A DNA stretch of 64,000 nucleotides, taken from IMG/VR virus record IMGVR_UViG_3300021091_005099, positions 49,994 through 113,993 of that record; one strand, written 5' to 3'. Positions 27,736 to 36,203 of the stretch are shown in pieces; within the stretch, counting starts at the first letter, position 1; each line of letters starts with the position of its first letter. Under the pieces are notes generated by a model. The model worked only from the letters and a program-made list of their open reading frames with translations, did not search any database and had not been told where the DNA came from. Both the position numbers and the translations under genes were made by a program. The DNA is from a virus.

Positions 27736-28269
27736 TTATTCTCCTTGCCAATTATAATACCATGGAGACCTAAATTTTGGTGTTACAATGTCAAGATGTT
27801 TAACCAAATCACAAGCAAACACTCCAGAACCACCTATAGTTAAATGTGATACGTTCTCTACACAATTATTTTTTTTATCTTTCCAGAAAAGATAAGGTAT
27901 CAAATCAAAGGCTGTTGAACGCGGTTCTTGGAATTTAAAATTATGCGTAGATTTAATTGTATCAAGAACATATTGATAATCATTACAAGGCACAAGAAGA
28001 CATGTATGAAATTTAATCAACGTAGATTTAGTCATAAAACCATTGTTATAATTACTATCGCTATTTTTTATTTCTAGTCTAATAGAATGTTTCCATGCAC
28101 CTGTCAAGTCCAATTGATAAAATCTTAAATTAGGTATAGAATTATAATCTTCAAAATTGTGTGGTTCAATATCAAATTCATCGATGAAAATATTATCAAA
28201 AAAGATTCTAGTGTTAGGTCTTTTTTTATAAATTTCACAATAAAACCCCAATGCTAACACGTTTAACAT
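27736..28269 (-). CDS. hypothetical protein (AT-rich)
   Basis: 177-aa ORF in an AT-rich stretch. Confidence 0.6.
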   Translation of the reverse strand: MLNVLALGFYCEIYKKRPNTRIFFDNIFIDEFDIEPHNFEDYNSIPNLRFYQLDLTGAWKHSIRLEIKNSDSNYNNGFMTKSTLIKFHTCLLVPCNDYQYVLDTIKSTHNFKFQEPRSTAFDLIPYLFWKDKKNNCVENVSHLTIGGSGVFACDLVKHLDIVTPKFRSPWYYNWQGE

Positions 28270-28271
28270 TC

Positions 28272-28643
28272 TTATATCTTTGGTGCTTGTCTAGTTAAGA
28301 ATTTGGTTGTATATTTTTTAGGACCAAAATGTTTCTTTATAATTTTCTCTGCCAATTTTGGATCGAATCTTTTGCAACTAAAAATATCAAAATATGCTGT
28401 GCCATCGAGATCCATAAAATGTGCAGATATGTTTGACGTCTTGATCAATTGAATCATGCTGTAACCTTGATTTTTATGTCCTGATAATAGATATTCTATT
28501 TGAGGTTTTCCATGTGGAATCATTTTGATCGTGTGTAGAAGATCTTTTATGAAATTTTCGATCGCCTTCTTATTTTTAATGTTATCATTGCAACCGCTGC
28601 AATCCAACATCAAATGATATCCCCAAGCAGAATTATTCTTCAT
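28272..28643 (-). CDS. speD: S-adenosylmethionine decarboxylase proenzyme
   Basis: GYHLMLDC, GYS..QLIKTSNISAHF self-cleavage region, YFDIFSCK. Confidence 0.75.
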   Translation of the reverse strand: MKNNSAWGYHLMLDCSGCNDNIKNKKAIENFIKDLLHTIKMIPHGKPQIEYLLSGHKNQGYSMIQLIKTSNISAHFMDLDGTAYFDIFSCKRFDPKLAEKIIKKHFGPKKYTTKFLTRQAPKI

Positions 28644-28672
28644 GCTCGTACTTATTTTAATTTTTTGTCTGT

Positions 28673-28987
28673 TTATTTTTTCTTGCCTTGCCGCATGTTG
28701 ATCTGCCAGTGTGCCAGCTGTTTCTTGCGTGGCGAAGCAGTTTTAGAACTGCGTATCTTCTTAAGTTGCGCGATGGTGGCACCCTTGGGTATGCCTGCTC
28801 GCTTGCTGTCACCTTTGCGTCCCGGACCCTTGCCATCCGCGAAATTCTCTTGTATGGAATTGATCAGATGCAATTTTCTTAAATTTCTCTCTGTTTCGCC
28901 AGGTCGCACATCCTGGGTGGTGTTTTGCTTGGTGATTATGCCAACCCCAGCAGCATCTTCTCTATGAACTATCTCTCTGATCTTCAT
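28673..28987 (-). CDS. basic protein, probable internal head protein
   Basis: MKIREIVHRE start; ENFADGKGPGRKG module. Confidence 0.65.
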   Translation of the reverse strand: MKIREIVHREDAAGVGIITKQNTTQDVRPGETERNLRKLHLINSIQENFADGKGPGRKGDSKRAGIPKGATIAQLKKIRSSKTASPRKKQLAHWQINMRQGKKK

Positions 28988-29151
28988 CGCACTCGGAACG
29001 GGTAGCCCATGGGGAAGCCCGCATGGTATCCCATCTTGTTGCCCTGTTTGACCCTGGTGGTGGCACGCTTCTCGTATCGGTTGATGATGCGATTCACGTC
29101 AGGATGTATCATGTTGGGGTCTTTGGTGTATAGTATTTCTCTTATCTTCAT
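28984..29151 (-). CDS. 55-aa basic protein
   Basis: True start MKIREIL at 29151 with ATGA overlap. Confidence 0.6.
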   Translation of the reverse strand: MKIREILYTKDPNMIHPDVNRIINRYEKRATTRVKQGNKMGYHAGFPMGYPFRVR

Positions 29152-29717
29152 GCGGCAACCCGGTTGTCTATTTCTGCAAACAGTGATTTTATTTTGGCCA
29201 CATTGGGATGATTGTTTGTGGTGTTGTTCCACACGTAGGACTTCAGTGGTTGGCGGGCTTTTTTTGCCAGGAATGCACGGTGGTTACCGTCAACGATTTC
29301 TGATCCTCGTGGTGATCGAGACATTGTCATGGGTGGCAGCTTGGAAAAGTCTATTGTTCTGGGATCTGCGTCATTCTGCCTAAAATATCTTGCCGGCCTA
29401 CCTGCTTCCTTATCTTGTACATATTGATTATATCTTTTTTCCAACTCCAACTCATACTCTCGCTCGTGTGGTGGTATTTGGCTGGCCTGTAAGACCACCG
29501 GACCGGTCAACACCCATTGATCTATTTCATATATAAATCTTCTCCATTCTGCAAAAGGCACTTCGTCTCGGTAAGCGAAATCAATGATCTCACGTTGCTT
29601 GGGGAACATTTCCCCCAATAATTTTCTAATTACATCGGAATGCTGTTGTGTCACAATGGCATTGATCTTGGAGAAATTTTGTTTAAATAAATCTTCTGTG
29701 ATTTCCCTGATCTTCAT
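29148..29717 (-). CDS. ParB/sulfiredoxin-like domain protein
   Basis: IVDGNHRA motif; MKIREITE N-terminus. Confidence 0.65.
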   Translation of the reverse strand: MKIREITEDLFKQNFSKINAIVTQQHSDVIRKLLGEMFPKQREIIDFAYRDEVPFAEWRRFIYEIDQWVLTGPVVLQASQIPPHEREYELELEKRYNQYVQDKEAGRPARYFRQNDADPRTIDFSKLPPMTMSRSPRGSEIVDGNHRAFLAKKARQPLKSYVWNNTTNNHPNVAKIKSLFAEIDNRVAA

Positions 29718-30154
29718 TTTTTCACTGTGCTCCTCAGCATCCAGCCGTGCTTGCTGTGCCTGTCGATCCTTTCAGCTATGAAGTCACTGAATCCATGCAG
29801 GTGGTTGGCCTCCAACACGTCAAAGGCCGCGTTCAAGCTCTTCAGCACCTTGTCGTTGCTGTCGATCAAATTCTCATACATCTTTTCCGCTGCAGGTATC
29901 TCGTCCGACTGCTGTATGGTGGCCAATTCTCGTAATCGATCAAACACTCCTGGGGCATATGTGCCCATGGCCCTAAGCTCTTCCGCGAACTTGTCAATGG
30001 CCTCGAAAACTTCTTCATATATCTTGCCCAGCAGCTCATGATCCTGTGGGAAGTTCCTGCCTTCCACGTTCCAGTGATAGTAGTGTGCCTGTAGGTAAAA
30101 AAGGAAGCTGTCCGCAAAGGCCTGTTTTGCGATCTTGCCTATTTCTGGAGTCAT
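29714..30154 (-). CDS. dps: Dps / ferritin-like protein
   Basis: AHYYHWNVEG..F...H, IDKFAEELRAMG, KHGWML. Confidence 0.88.
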   Translation of the reverse strand: MTPEIGKIAKQAFADSFLFYLQAHYYHWNVEGRNFPQDHELLGKIYEEVFEAIDKFAEELRAMGTYAPGVFDRLRELATIQQSDEIPAAEKMYENLIDSNDKVLKSLNAAFDVLEANHLHGFSDFIAERIDRHSKHGWMLRSTVKK

Positions 30155-30160
30155 GATATG

Positions 30161-30757
30161 TTACTTATCCACCTGTTGGTGCTGGCCGAACTGGCTTGGA
30201 TTTCCACCCTTTATCAAAGCTGCCCACACGGTGAGCTGCCGGCAGAACCTCTCTATCTCCTCTGCCAGCTCCTTGTCTTTCATGATGTTGTCCCTGCCCT
30301 GTGGTTTGGCCTCAACTGTGCATCTGGGAGGTATGGTAAAACCCAATTGCGTGGCGAAGTTCAAAAACATTCCATGGATGTGCTGGAATCCATCGCCGCC
30401 TCCTGAAACCACGGAGCCGAAAACCTTGTTGTAGTTGGGATAGTATTTGTTGTCTCTGCTCCAGCCGTCGATGTAGTCAAAACGCTCGATAACAGATGAT
30501 ATGTAGCCGCTGTGCAGACCCCACCAGATGGGAGTGGCGAATATCAATCCATCATAGTTTTTTATAAAGTCCGCCAGTATGGGTTTGAGCTGATCATCGT
30601 AGCTCTCCGTGCCGCATTCATAGTCTATCTCATTCATGGTGATTATTTTGCACTCGGAACCTTGCTTCTTGAATTCAGCAGCTACCAATTCGCACACGGC
30701 ATAGGTGTTGCTGACTTCGGTTTTCTTTAGGCTGCCATTGAATATCATGAATTTCAT
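30161..30757 (-). CDS. flavodoxin-fold NAD(P)H-dependent FMN reductase
   Basis: FNGSLK..SNT, DGLIFATPIWWG, SGGGDG; start MKFMIF 5 nt after TAAATA. Confidence 0.8.
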   Translation of the reverse strand: MKFMIFNGSLKKTEVSNTYAVCELVAAEFKKQGSECKIITMNEIDYECGTESYDDQLKPILADFIKNYDGLIFATPIWWGLHSGYISSVIERFDYIDGWSRDNKYYPNYNKVFGSVVSGGGDGFQHIHGMFLNFATQLGFTIPPRCTVEAKPQGRDNIMKDKELAEEIERFCRQLTVWAALIKGGNPSQFGQHQQVDK

Positions 30758-30765
30758 ATGAGTAT

Positions 30766-31845
30766 TTAAGCAAAAATCCAAGTATTTAAAAATACGTCCA
30801 CATCTTCAAGCCTTAAAGTTCTGTGCATATCCTGCGATTTTATCTCATTTTTCAACATTTCATGTAGATTTTTGTCATAGTTGTCTTCACTATATTTTTT
30901 AATCAGCGATTCTACATTTAATCTGAATTGGTGCGCTTTATAATTGTCTATGTTAAATTTCTTTATTTTTATTAGGTTATCAATGTATCTCTGTCTTTGT
31001 TCCATTGGCACTGCGGCATGAGTCCATATGTTTCCCACGACAGGACTAAGACTGATGCTGCGGGTGTATTGACTCATCCATTCCACAGTATTTTTTATGT
31101 CATGCACAGTGATATTGGAAGCGACCAAATTAAACATGATAGAGATACCATTGTTTCTACAAAAATTTATGTTCTCTTCAAATTTGTTCCATTCGAGGGG
31201 ATATCTAACGTAAGATCCCAATTGTCCTATAGCATCGCAGGAAATTGTTACAGTAAAATTTTTGAATAATGTTATGATTTTTTTCCATCTAGATGGCAAA
31301 TTTTTCAAATTGGTATTGATGACTATTTCACAATCTGGATTCTCGATGGCCAAATCTTTTAAGAATTCCAAATAAGATGCATTGTACGTGGGTTCTCCAC
31401 CGGCCATGTAAACTTTTTTTAAATCTTTTTTATTATATTTGTTTAAATTGTGTTTAGGTTTTGTTAATTTTATCCCCTTCTCTTTCGCCCACAATGTGCT
31501 GGCCCCTGGACCACATGTTTTGCATTTCAAATTACAAGTAGGATCGTTTCTTATGTCTATGTATTGTATGTTTGTTTCATCTATTTTTGGTGCTGAAAAT
31601 TTCCTAACCCATTTTATTGTTTCTCTTATTCTGGGACTACTTTCTCCCTGTCTTTCCTGCTCATAACAGCTATTGCAGACACTGGGTTGTTGTCCTTCCA
31701 GCATTAATCGTCTCACATCATCCAAACTGTTATTCGCTGATAGAGCCGATCCATAACAACAAGGTCTTTGTCTTCCGCTTAGATCTAGGTGTTCGTGTAT
31801 CCAAGGCAATACACAGATAGCTTTGTTAGCACGTGTATCAAACAT
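30766..31845 (-). CDS. radical SAM protein with N-terminal Cys cluster (twitch/SPASM-like)
   Basis: CVLPW, PCC, C..C..E; CNLKCKTC; AGGEP; YVRYP..W; AT-rich. Confidence 0.82.
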   Translation of the reverse strand: MFDTRANKAICVLPWIHEHLDLSGRQRPCCYGSALSANNSLDDVRRLMLEGQQPSVCNSCYEQERQGESSPRIRETIKWVRKFSAPKIDETNIQYIDIRNDPTCNLKCKTCGPGASTLWAKEKGIKLTKPKHNLNKYNKKDLKKVYMAGGEPTYNASYLEFLKDLAIENPDCEIVINTNLKNLPSRWKKIITLFKNFTVTISCDAIGQLGSYVRYPLEWNKFEENINFCRNNGISIMFNLVASNITVHDIKNTVEWMSQYTRSISLSPVVGNIWTHAAVPMEQRQRYIDNLIKIKKFNIDNYKAHQFRLNVESLIKKYSEDNYDKNLHEMLKNEIKSQDMHRTLRLEDVDVFLNTWIFA

Positions 31846-31851
31846 GGTTGA

Positions 31852-32061
31852 TTATTTTTTGCGAGGCATCGGATCTTCGCCAGTGAGGTAAGGGCGAGAG
31901 AACCATAGTCGAAACCATTCTGGCGTGCCGGGCTGTATTCCGTGCTTTCTTTGGTATTCAGATTTCTCCGTGGCGGAGTGGCTGATATTTTCACCAACAC
32001 TGGGCTGATGTGCCTGGGTGTTTGCTATGCCTGCTAATTTTTTCAAATGTTCGAGGTCCAT
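31852..32061 (-). CDS. hypothetical phage protein
   Basis: LKKLAGI and IQPGTPEWFRLWF motifs. Confidence 0.65.
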   Translation of the reverse strand: MDLEHLKKLAGIANTQAHQPSVGENISHSATEKSEYQRKHGIQPGTPEWFRLWFSRPYLTGEDPMPRKK

Positions 32062-32065
32062 ATTA

Positions 32066-32686
32066 TTAAGATGAAAATACCTCCAATGCGTGTTTGTAGT
32101 GTTTTATTCTGTCCTCCAGACCAATGGTGCCACCGTTGATGCGTTTGGTCATTGTGAGGATGTCTCCGTCATCGGCATACTGATTTAGATTATTGGTTTT
32201 CCAGAACCAGCAGGCACTCTTTACTGCCCCTTCAAATGTCTCCAGTAAAGCCGGAATTTCTTCCACGGCCATGCCGACACTCTCTGCAAATTTGCTGTAA
32301 TTGTTCTTGCCAGTCAATTGTATCAATCCCCTGCCACAGTATCTGAACCCATCTCCTGATGATTCGTCACCGTTGCCCATCCTGCTCGCATAGACTCGAT
32401 TGGCAATCTGTTCCTGTTTGTGTGCGTATTCTTTTGCCAACTCATCTGTGGAGAAATATTTTGGGAACACCTTTCTCAAGCTCTCCCATCTATAATTTAA
32501 ATTTTCTTTCAATCTTTTGAATCCTCCGCTCTCGTGCGCGCATTGTGCTATGAATGCTGCCACTCGCTCTGCTGTATCGATCTCATATTCGGGCAACACA
32601 TTTGACAGGGCTTGATGCCATCCCTCCAGGTCGGGGTTATTACCAATTATTGATTGCAACTGTTCTTTTGTTAAAATGAATGACAT
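32066..32686 (-). CDS. glycoside hydrolase family 19 endolysin
   Basis: AAFIAQCAHES, ENLNY, YCGRGLIQLTGKNNY, SACWFW, TKRINGG..GLEDR. Confidence 0.9.
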   Translation of the reverse strand: MSFILTKEQLQSIIGNNPDLEGWHQALSNVLPEYEIDTAERVAAFIAQCAHESGGFKRLKENLNYRWESLRKVFPKYFSTDELAKEYAHKQEQIANRVYASRMGNGDESSGDGFRYCGRGLIQLTGKNNYSKFAESVGMAVEEIPALLETFEGAVKSACWFWKTNNLNQYADDGDILTMTKRINGGTIGLEDRIKHYKHALEVFSS

Positions 32687-32692
32687 GTTTGA

Positions 32693-32935
32693 TTACTCTT
32701 CCTTGTTGAAAAAACGATGGTCAGCTTTCTGCTGCGCCTGTGCTTTGATATCTGATTCGTTGTATTGCAGTTTGCCGCTGCGGTTTAGACTTGATGCTCC
32801 TTTGGCGATACCTGGTGCTAATTTTTCAACCTTGCCGCCACGGGCCAGGAACTCCTGCATCATGCGATCTTTCTCGTCCTGCGCTGTTTTGATCTCTTTG
32901 TCTGACCTATAATCTCTCCTTATGTCAATTACCAT
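32693..32935 (-). CDS. SutA-like RNA polymerase-binding domain protein
   Basis: EKDRMMQEFLARGGKVEKLAP resembles the SutA core (recalled as AMEEFLSRGGKVQEIEP). Confidence 0.5.
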   Translation of the reverse strand: MVIDIRRDYRSDKEIKTAQDEKDRMMQEFLARGGKVEKLAPGIAKGASSLNRSGKLQYNESDIKAQAQQKADHRFFNKEE

Positions 32936-34097
32936 TTTTTTCTCCGTAATTTTTTAAACCCTGTTCTATCGTATTTAATGAGTCTTTGTTGGCCTGATAC
33001 AAGATTCCATAGCCTCCCTTGCTTTGCCATTTTTCTATATTTACGGGACGATCATCAATCAAGATGTTGGCAGCGCCATTGGCGGTGGCATATTTTTCCT
33101 TCCTGCCGGTCACTATGGTCTCGTCTGGCTGTTCTATGTTCTGGTTGATCCAGACCTTCTTGTACCTGGCAGAGTTGTCATGATCTCCCCTCAGTGGAGA
33201 TGTCAGTATTGAGAATCTGCCACCGGTGAATTTTTTGATCAAGCCTATGAGAGCATCAGTTGTGGAAAACTTGGGCAAGGTCTCAAAGAAGTTGGTGCCT
33301 GTGATCCTGTCGATCACGTCCTGTCTGAGATCTTTGGTCTTGTCGGACGCCAGTTGCTTCCAATGATTCACTCCATAGAGCTTCTCGACCCCACCAAAGA
33401 AATCAGCCAGCACTCCGTCCATGTCCAGGTAAACAGTGGGTTTACCATTTTTCTGTTCAGGCATTGACTGAGTATACAACTTTTCCGTGTTTGTTGCAAC
33501 CTGCTCTTTAACTCCCATGTATCGTCTCAATTCTTGATACAGTTCGGTGCCGAACTTGGGATTTACCATCTTCATGAAGCTGTTCTGATCTCCCGACGCC
33601 GCGGCTGCTCGAGCACCGCTGGCACTGATGCCACCTATGCCTTCCTGGTCCGGATCTCTCTCACCCGAGCTCACAACATCTATCGTGTCGAACTGGAAGG
33701 GTATGCTGCCTTTCTTGTCAGGCTTATTGTTATACTGATTTAGGAATGTTTTGAATTCCGTCACTCGATCCGAGCCAGCCACCATGGTGATATTCTTGTA
33801 TCCTCGGTTCATCAATTCCTGCAACAATTGCACGATGGTCCTGATAGTGTCGTCACCGTGAAAGTTCACGCCTGTGTAGGCCTTTCTAAGATAATTTAAC
33901 TTGTAGGAGAACGGCAAGGGATCTGTCTTGGGCTTTTGCGTTGAGCTGATGAATATGGAGTGGTCAGCAGCCTTGGACTTGGCGGTGTTCAATACTTTCT
34001 GAAACACGGCCTCATGTCCCAGTGTGGGCGGGTTATATCTGCCGAATGCAAAAACTATGGAATCGTTCTTGGCCTCAAATAGTTCCTTTAGCAACAT
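32925..34097 (-). CDS. cytidylyltransferase-like (HxGH) nucleotidyltransferase fused to HAD 5'(3')-nucleotidase
   Basis: FGRYNPPTLGH, VAGSDRV, SSGERDPD, ISAS..R; then YLDMDGVLADF, ILTSP, LIDD. Confidence 0.8.
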   Translation of the reverse strand: MLLKELFEAKNDSIVFAFGRYNPPTLGHEAVFQKVLNTAKSKAADHSIFISSTQKPKTDPLPFSYKLNYLRKAYTGVNFHGDDTIRTIVQLLQELMNRGYKNITMVAGSDRVTEFKTFLNQYNNKPDKKGSIPFQFDTIDVVSSGERDPDQEGIGGISASGARAAAASGDQNSFMKMVNPKFGTELYQELRRYMGVKEQVATNTEKLYTQSMPEQKNGKPTVYLDMDGVLADFFGGVEKLYGVNHWKQLASDKTKDLRQDVIDRITGTNFFETLPKFSTTDALIGLIKKFTGGRFSILTSPLRGDHDNSARYKKVWINQNIEQPDETIVTGRKEKYATANGAANILIDDRPVNIEKWQSKGGYGILYQANKDSLNTIEQGLKNYGEKNGN

Positions 34098-34428
34098 CGT
34101 ACTCACCCTTTTTCATATTTTCAAGTTCTCTGTCGGCGAGCACCTGTGCCACTTTCTCTCTGGTCGCTTGCGGAAAGAAATCCTTGACGTCTTCGCCTGG
34201 CTTACCAAACTCTTTTGTGTAGGCCTTGGCAGCATCATTGACTAACAGGTTCCATCTTTTAACTGCATTGTCGTGATCGTAAGTATTATTCTTAAGTGAT
34301 CTGTTCAGCCAAAATATCAGAGGCATAAAATTTTTTCTATAGAGATCTTCGTTGTTGTTGATATAAAGATCCAGTTCATTCACTGCGTCAATGCTGGATT
34401 CTGATATGAACTGATGAGCCCTTACCAT
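34075..34428 (-). CDS. hypothetical protein, probable internal head protein
   Basis: Start MVRAHQFISE. Confidence 0.65.
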   Translation of the reverse strand: MVRAHQFISESSIDAVNELDLYINNNEDLYRKNFMPLIFWLNRSLKNNTYDHDNAVKRWNLLVNDAAKAYTKEFGKPGEDVKDFFPQATREKVAQVLADRELENMKKGEYDVAKGTI

Positions 34429-34829
34429 TTCCTGCAACTCCAATACCTTGCTTTGGTCCTAGGTCCTGGGTTGGCGCAGTTGTGTCTCGCTCTGAAGCTC
34501 TTTCTTCTTCCCGGAATGTGTTTCTTGATCCTCATATTGGGATCACCAAAGTTCACTTTCTTAACATTTCCAGTCTTGGGATCTTTTACATAAACTTTGA
34601 ATTTTTTGACGTCACCCTTCATTGGTCTGCCCAATGCCACTTTCCTGCCTCGATATTCGGCTTCCCACAATTCTGTTTCCGGAAATCCCAAATAACCAAA
34701 CATCTCGTGAAAATCCTGTGTGTCCTCCACGGTGATCTCATCTGCCTCCGGCAGTGGTTCGTAAGCGGGTTCTGCCGCTATGCTGTCCAATCTAGTTAAT
34801 AATACTCGGATATCTTGGTAGTTGCTCAT
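34422..34829 (-). CDS. protein with acidic N-terminus and basic C-terminal module
   Basis: LWE|AEYRGRKV...KKFKVYVKDPKTGNVKKVNFGDPNM...ARYWSCRKW; late promoter. Confidence 0.7.
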   Translation of the reverse strand: MSNYQDIRVLLTRLDSIAAEPAYEPLPEADEITVEDTQDFHEMFGYLGFPETELWEAEYRGRKVALGRPMKGDVKKFKVYVKDPKTGNVKKVNFGDPNMRIKKHIPGRRKSFRARHNCANPGPRTKARYWSCRKW

Positions 34830-34843
34830 GCCCTGTATTTAGC

Positions 34844-35323
34844 TTAATACAGGTTCTCCAACAGCCACATGTAGAAAGGTGAAGTAAACGTTAATTCCCA
34901 GCGGCCATTATGCCCCATCGAAGTTACATTTTTAACGGTTACAGGCAACAATTTGCCTTCTTTTTTCTGTTGTGAAGCCCATGGTTCTGGATATTCTGGA
35001 TAATGTAGACCTTCGTAAATCAATCCTCCTAAATCTATTTCATCGATCTCTATGCTCTTTATAAACAGTAATTGATCTTTAACAATTTTATTATCTTCTA
35101 GCACAGTTTGTGAATCATCTTTATTAGACCTATGAATAATAAACTTGTATTCTTGACCTTCATTTAAATCATGAAAAAATTCTATTAAGGTAGGATTTTC
35201 CTGTGTGCCCGTAATTTCTTGTTTAAATTTGCTTTGCTCTCCAACACAAATATCTGCAATTGGTGGTTTGTCCCAATATTGGGCATATAGTTGTATCTTA
35301 AATTTTAAACTTTCAGTCCACAT
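34844..35323 (-). CDS. hypothetical protein
   Basis: 159-aa AT-rich ORF. Confidence 0.65.
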   Translation of the reverse strand: MWTESLKFKIQLYAQYWDKPPIADICVGEQSKFKQEITGTQENPTLIEFFHDLNEGQEYKFIIHRSNKDDSQTVLEDNKIVKDQLLFIKSIEIDEIDLGGLIYEGLHYPEYPEPWASQQKKEGKLLPVTVKNVTSMGHNGRWELTFTSPFYMWLLENLY

Positions 35324-35501
35324 ATTTAAACTCTAGTCCTGCTTTGGTTCCTACGTACGGTTTATTTAAATCTGTACGGTACATCTCTATGGTCATCGTG
35401 GTTCCTTCCACCGCCACTTTCATGTACTTGTCCGTGCGGCTTAACACATCGGCACGTTTAGTTTTACCATTGTCAATGCAGGTTATATCTATTTGTTCCA
35501 T
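35313..35501 (-). CDS. hypothetical protein
   Basis: 62-aa ORF in the array. Confidence 0.6.
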   Translation of the reverse strand: MEQIDITCIDNGKTKRADVLSRTDKYMKVAVEGTTMTIEMYRTDLNKPYVGTKAGLEFKYVD

Positions 35502-35505
35502 GTTA

Positions 35506-35667
35506 TTATTTTTTGTTAATTATATCCGGAGTAAGCATGTCCACTGTGTTCACTATGGTCTTGCCCGCATACACCACCGCTGATCCTGTGACGTCTAATA
35601 CTGCTACTGTGGTAGAGCAGGAGTTTAAAAGAAATAAGATAGAAATAATTAGCAGTAATTTATTCAT
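35506..35667 (-). CDS. 53-aa lipoprotein (not in ORF track)
   Basis: MNKLLLIISILFLLNSC (lipobox LNSC) STTVAVLDVTGSAVVYAGKTIVNTVDMLTPDIINKK*. Confidence 0.7.
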   Translation of the reverse strand: MNKLLLIISILFLLNSCSTTVAVLDVTGSAVVYAGKTIVNTVDMLTPDIINKK

Positions 35668-35986
35668 CGACTTCTTTTTTTTTTGAAATCTGTCTCTCTT
35701 CTTGCTCTTCCTGTTTCTTTTTCAAAGCCTCTCTGGCCTTTTCGCTCTCCATCTGTTTCTTGGCAGTGTCTAAGGGGTCGTCTATCTCCTTAATAGAAAT
35801 CAACTTTGCCTCCATGTATTCTTTTACCCTTTGCACAGCGTCTTCCTTAGTGTCAGCATAGAACCATGATTGTAACTTGTTGCCACTGGGCATCACGCAC
35901 TCGAACTGCCAAGCATGATTGACATGGCTGTTGATCATCTGATCATGCCCATGAGGTACATGCCTGCTAGAAAACAAATAAGGCAA
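35660..35986 (-). CDS. hypothetical protein
   Basis: ORF in the array; start uncertain. Confidence 0.55.
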   Translation of the reverse strand: MPYLFSSRHVPHGHDQMINSHVNHAWQFECVMPSGNKLQSWFYADTKEDAVQRVKEYMEAKLISIKEIDDPLDTAKKQMESEKAREALKKKQEEQEERQISKKKEVDE

Positions 35987-36117
35987 GTGCCAAAAAAGTA
36001 AGCCTTCTTTTGTACGGAATAACCATTATTCTTTAATACATGAATGTGTACGTCCATGCTTTCGGGCGTCACCCGCACGTCCACATATTCTATTTGATCG
36101 TTTTCGTCATAGTCCAT
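35935..36117 (-). CDS. small protein with C-terminal TM helix
   Basis: 60 aa; directly after a consensus promoter. Confidence 0.6.
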   Translation of the reverse strand: MDYDENDQIEYVDVRVTPESMDVHIHVLKNNGYSVQKKAYFFGTCLICFLAGMYLMGMIR

Positions 36118-36123
36118 AACACA

Positions 36124-36151
36124 ATTATACAGTAGATCTAATTGATGTCAA
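36124..36151 (-). promoter_or_regulatory. consensus sigma70 promoter
   Basis: TTGACA-N16-TATAAT with -10 box 6 nt before ATG 36117. Confidence 0.75.
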
Positions 36152-36203
36152 TGAGTTGATCTATATAAAAAGCATTGAAATTCAAAGACTTATTTTGAAT
36201 GGT

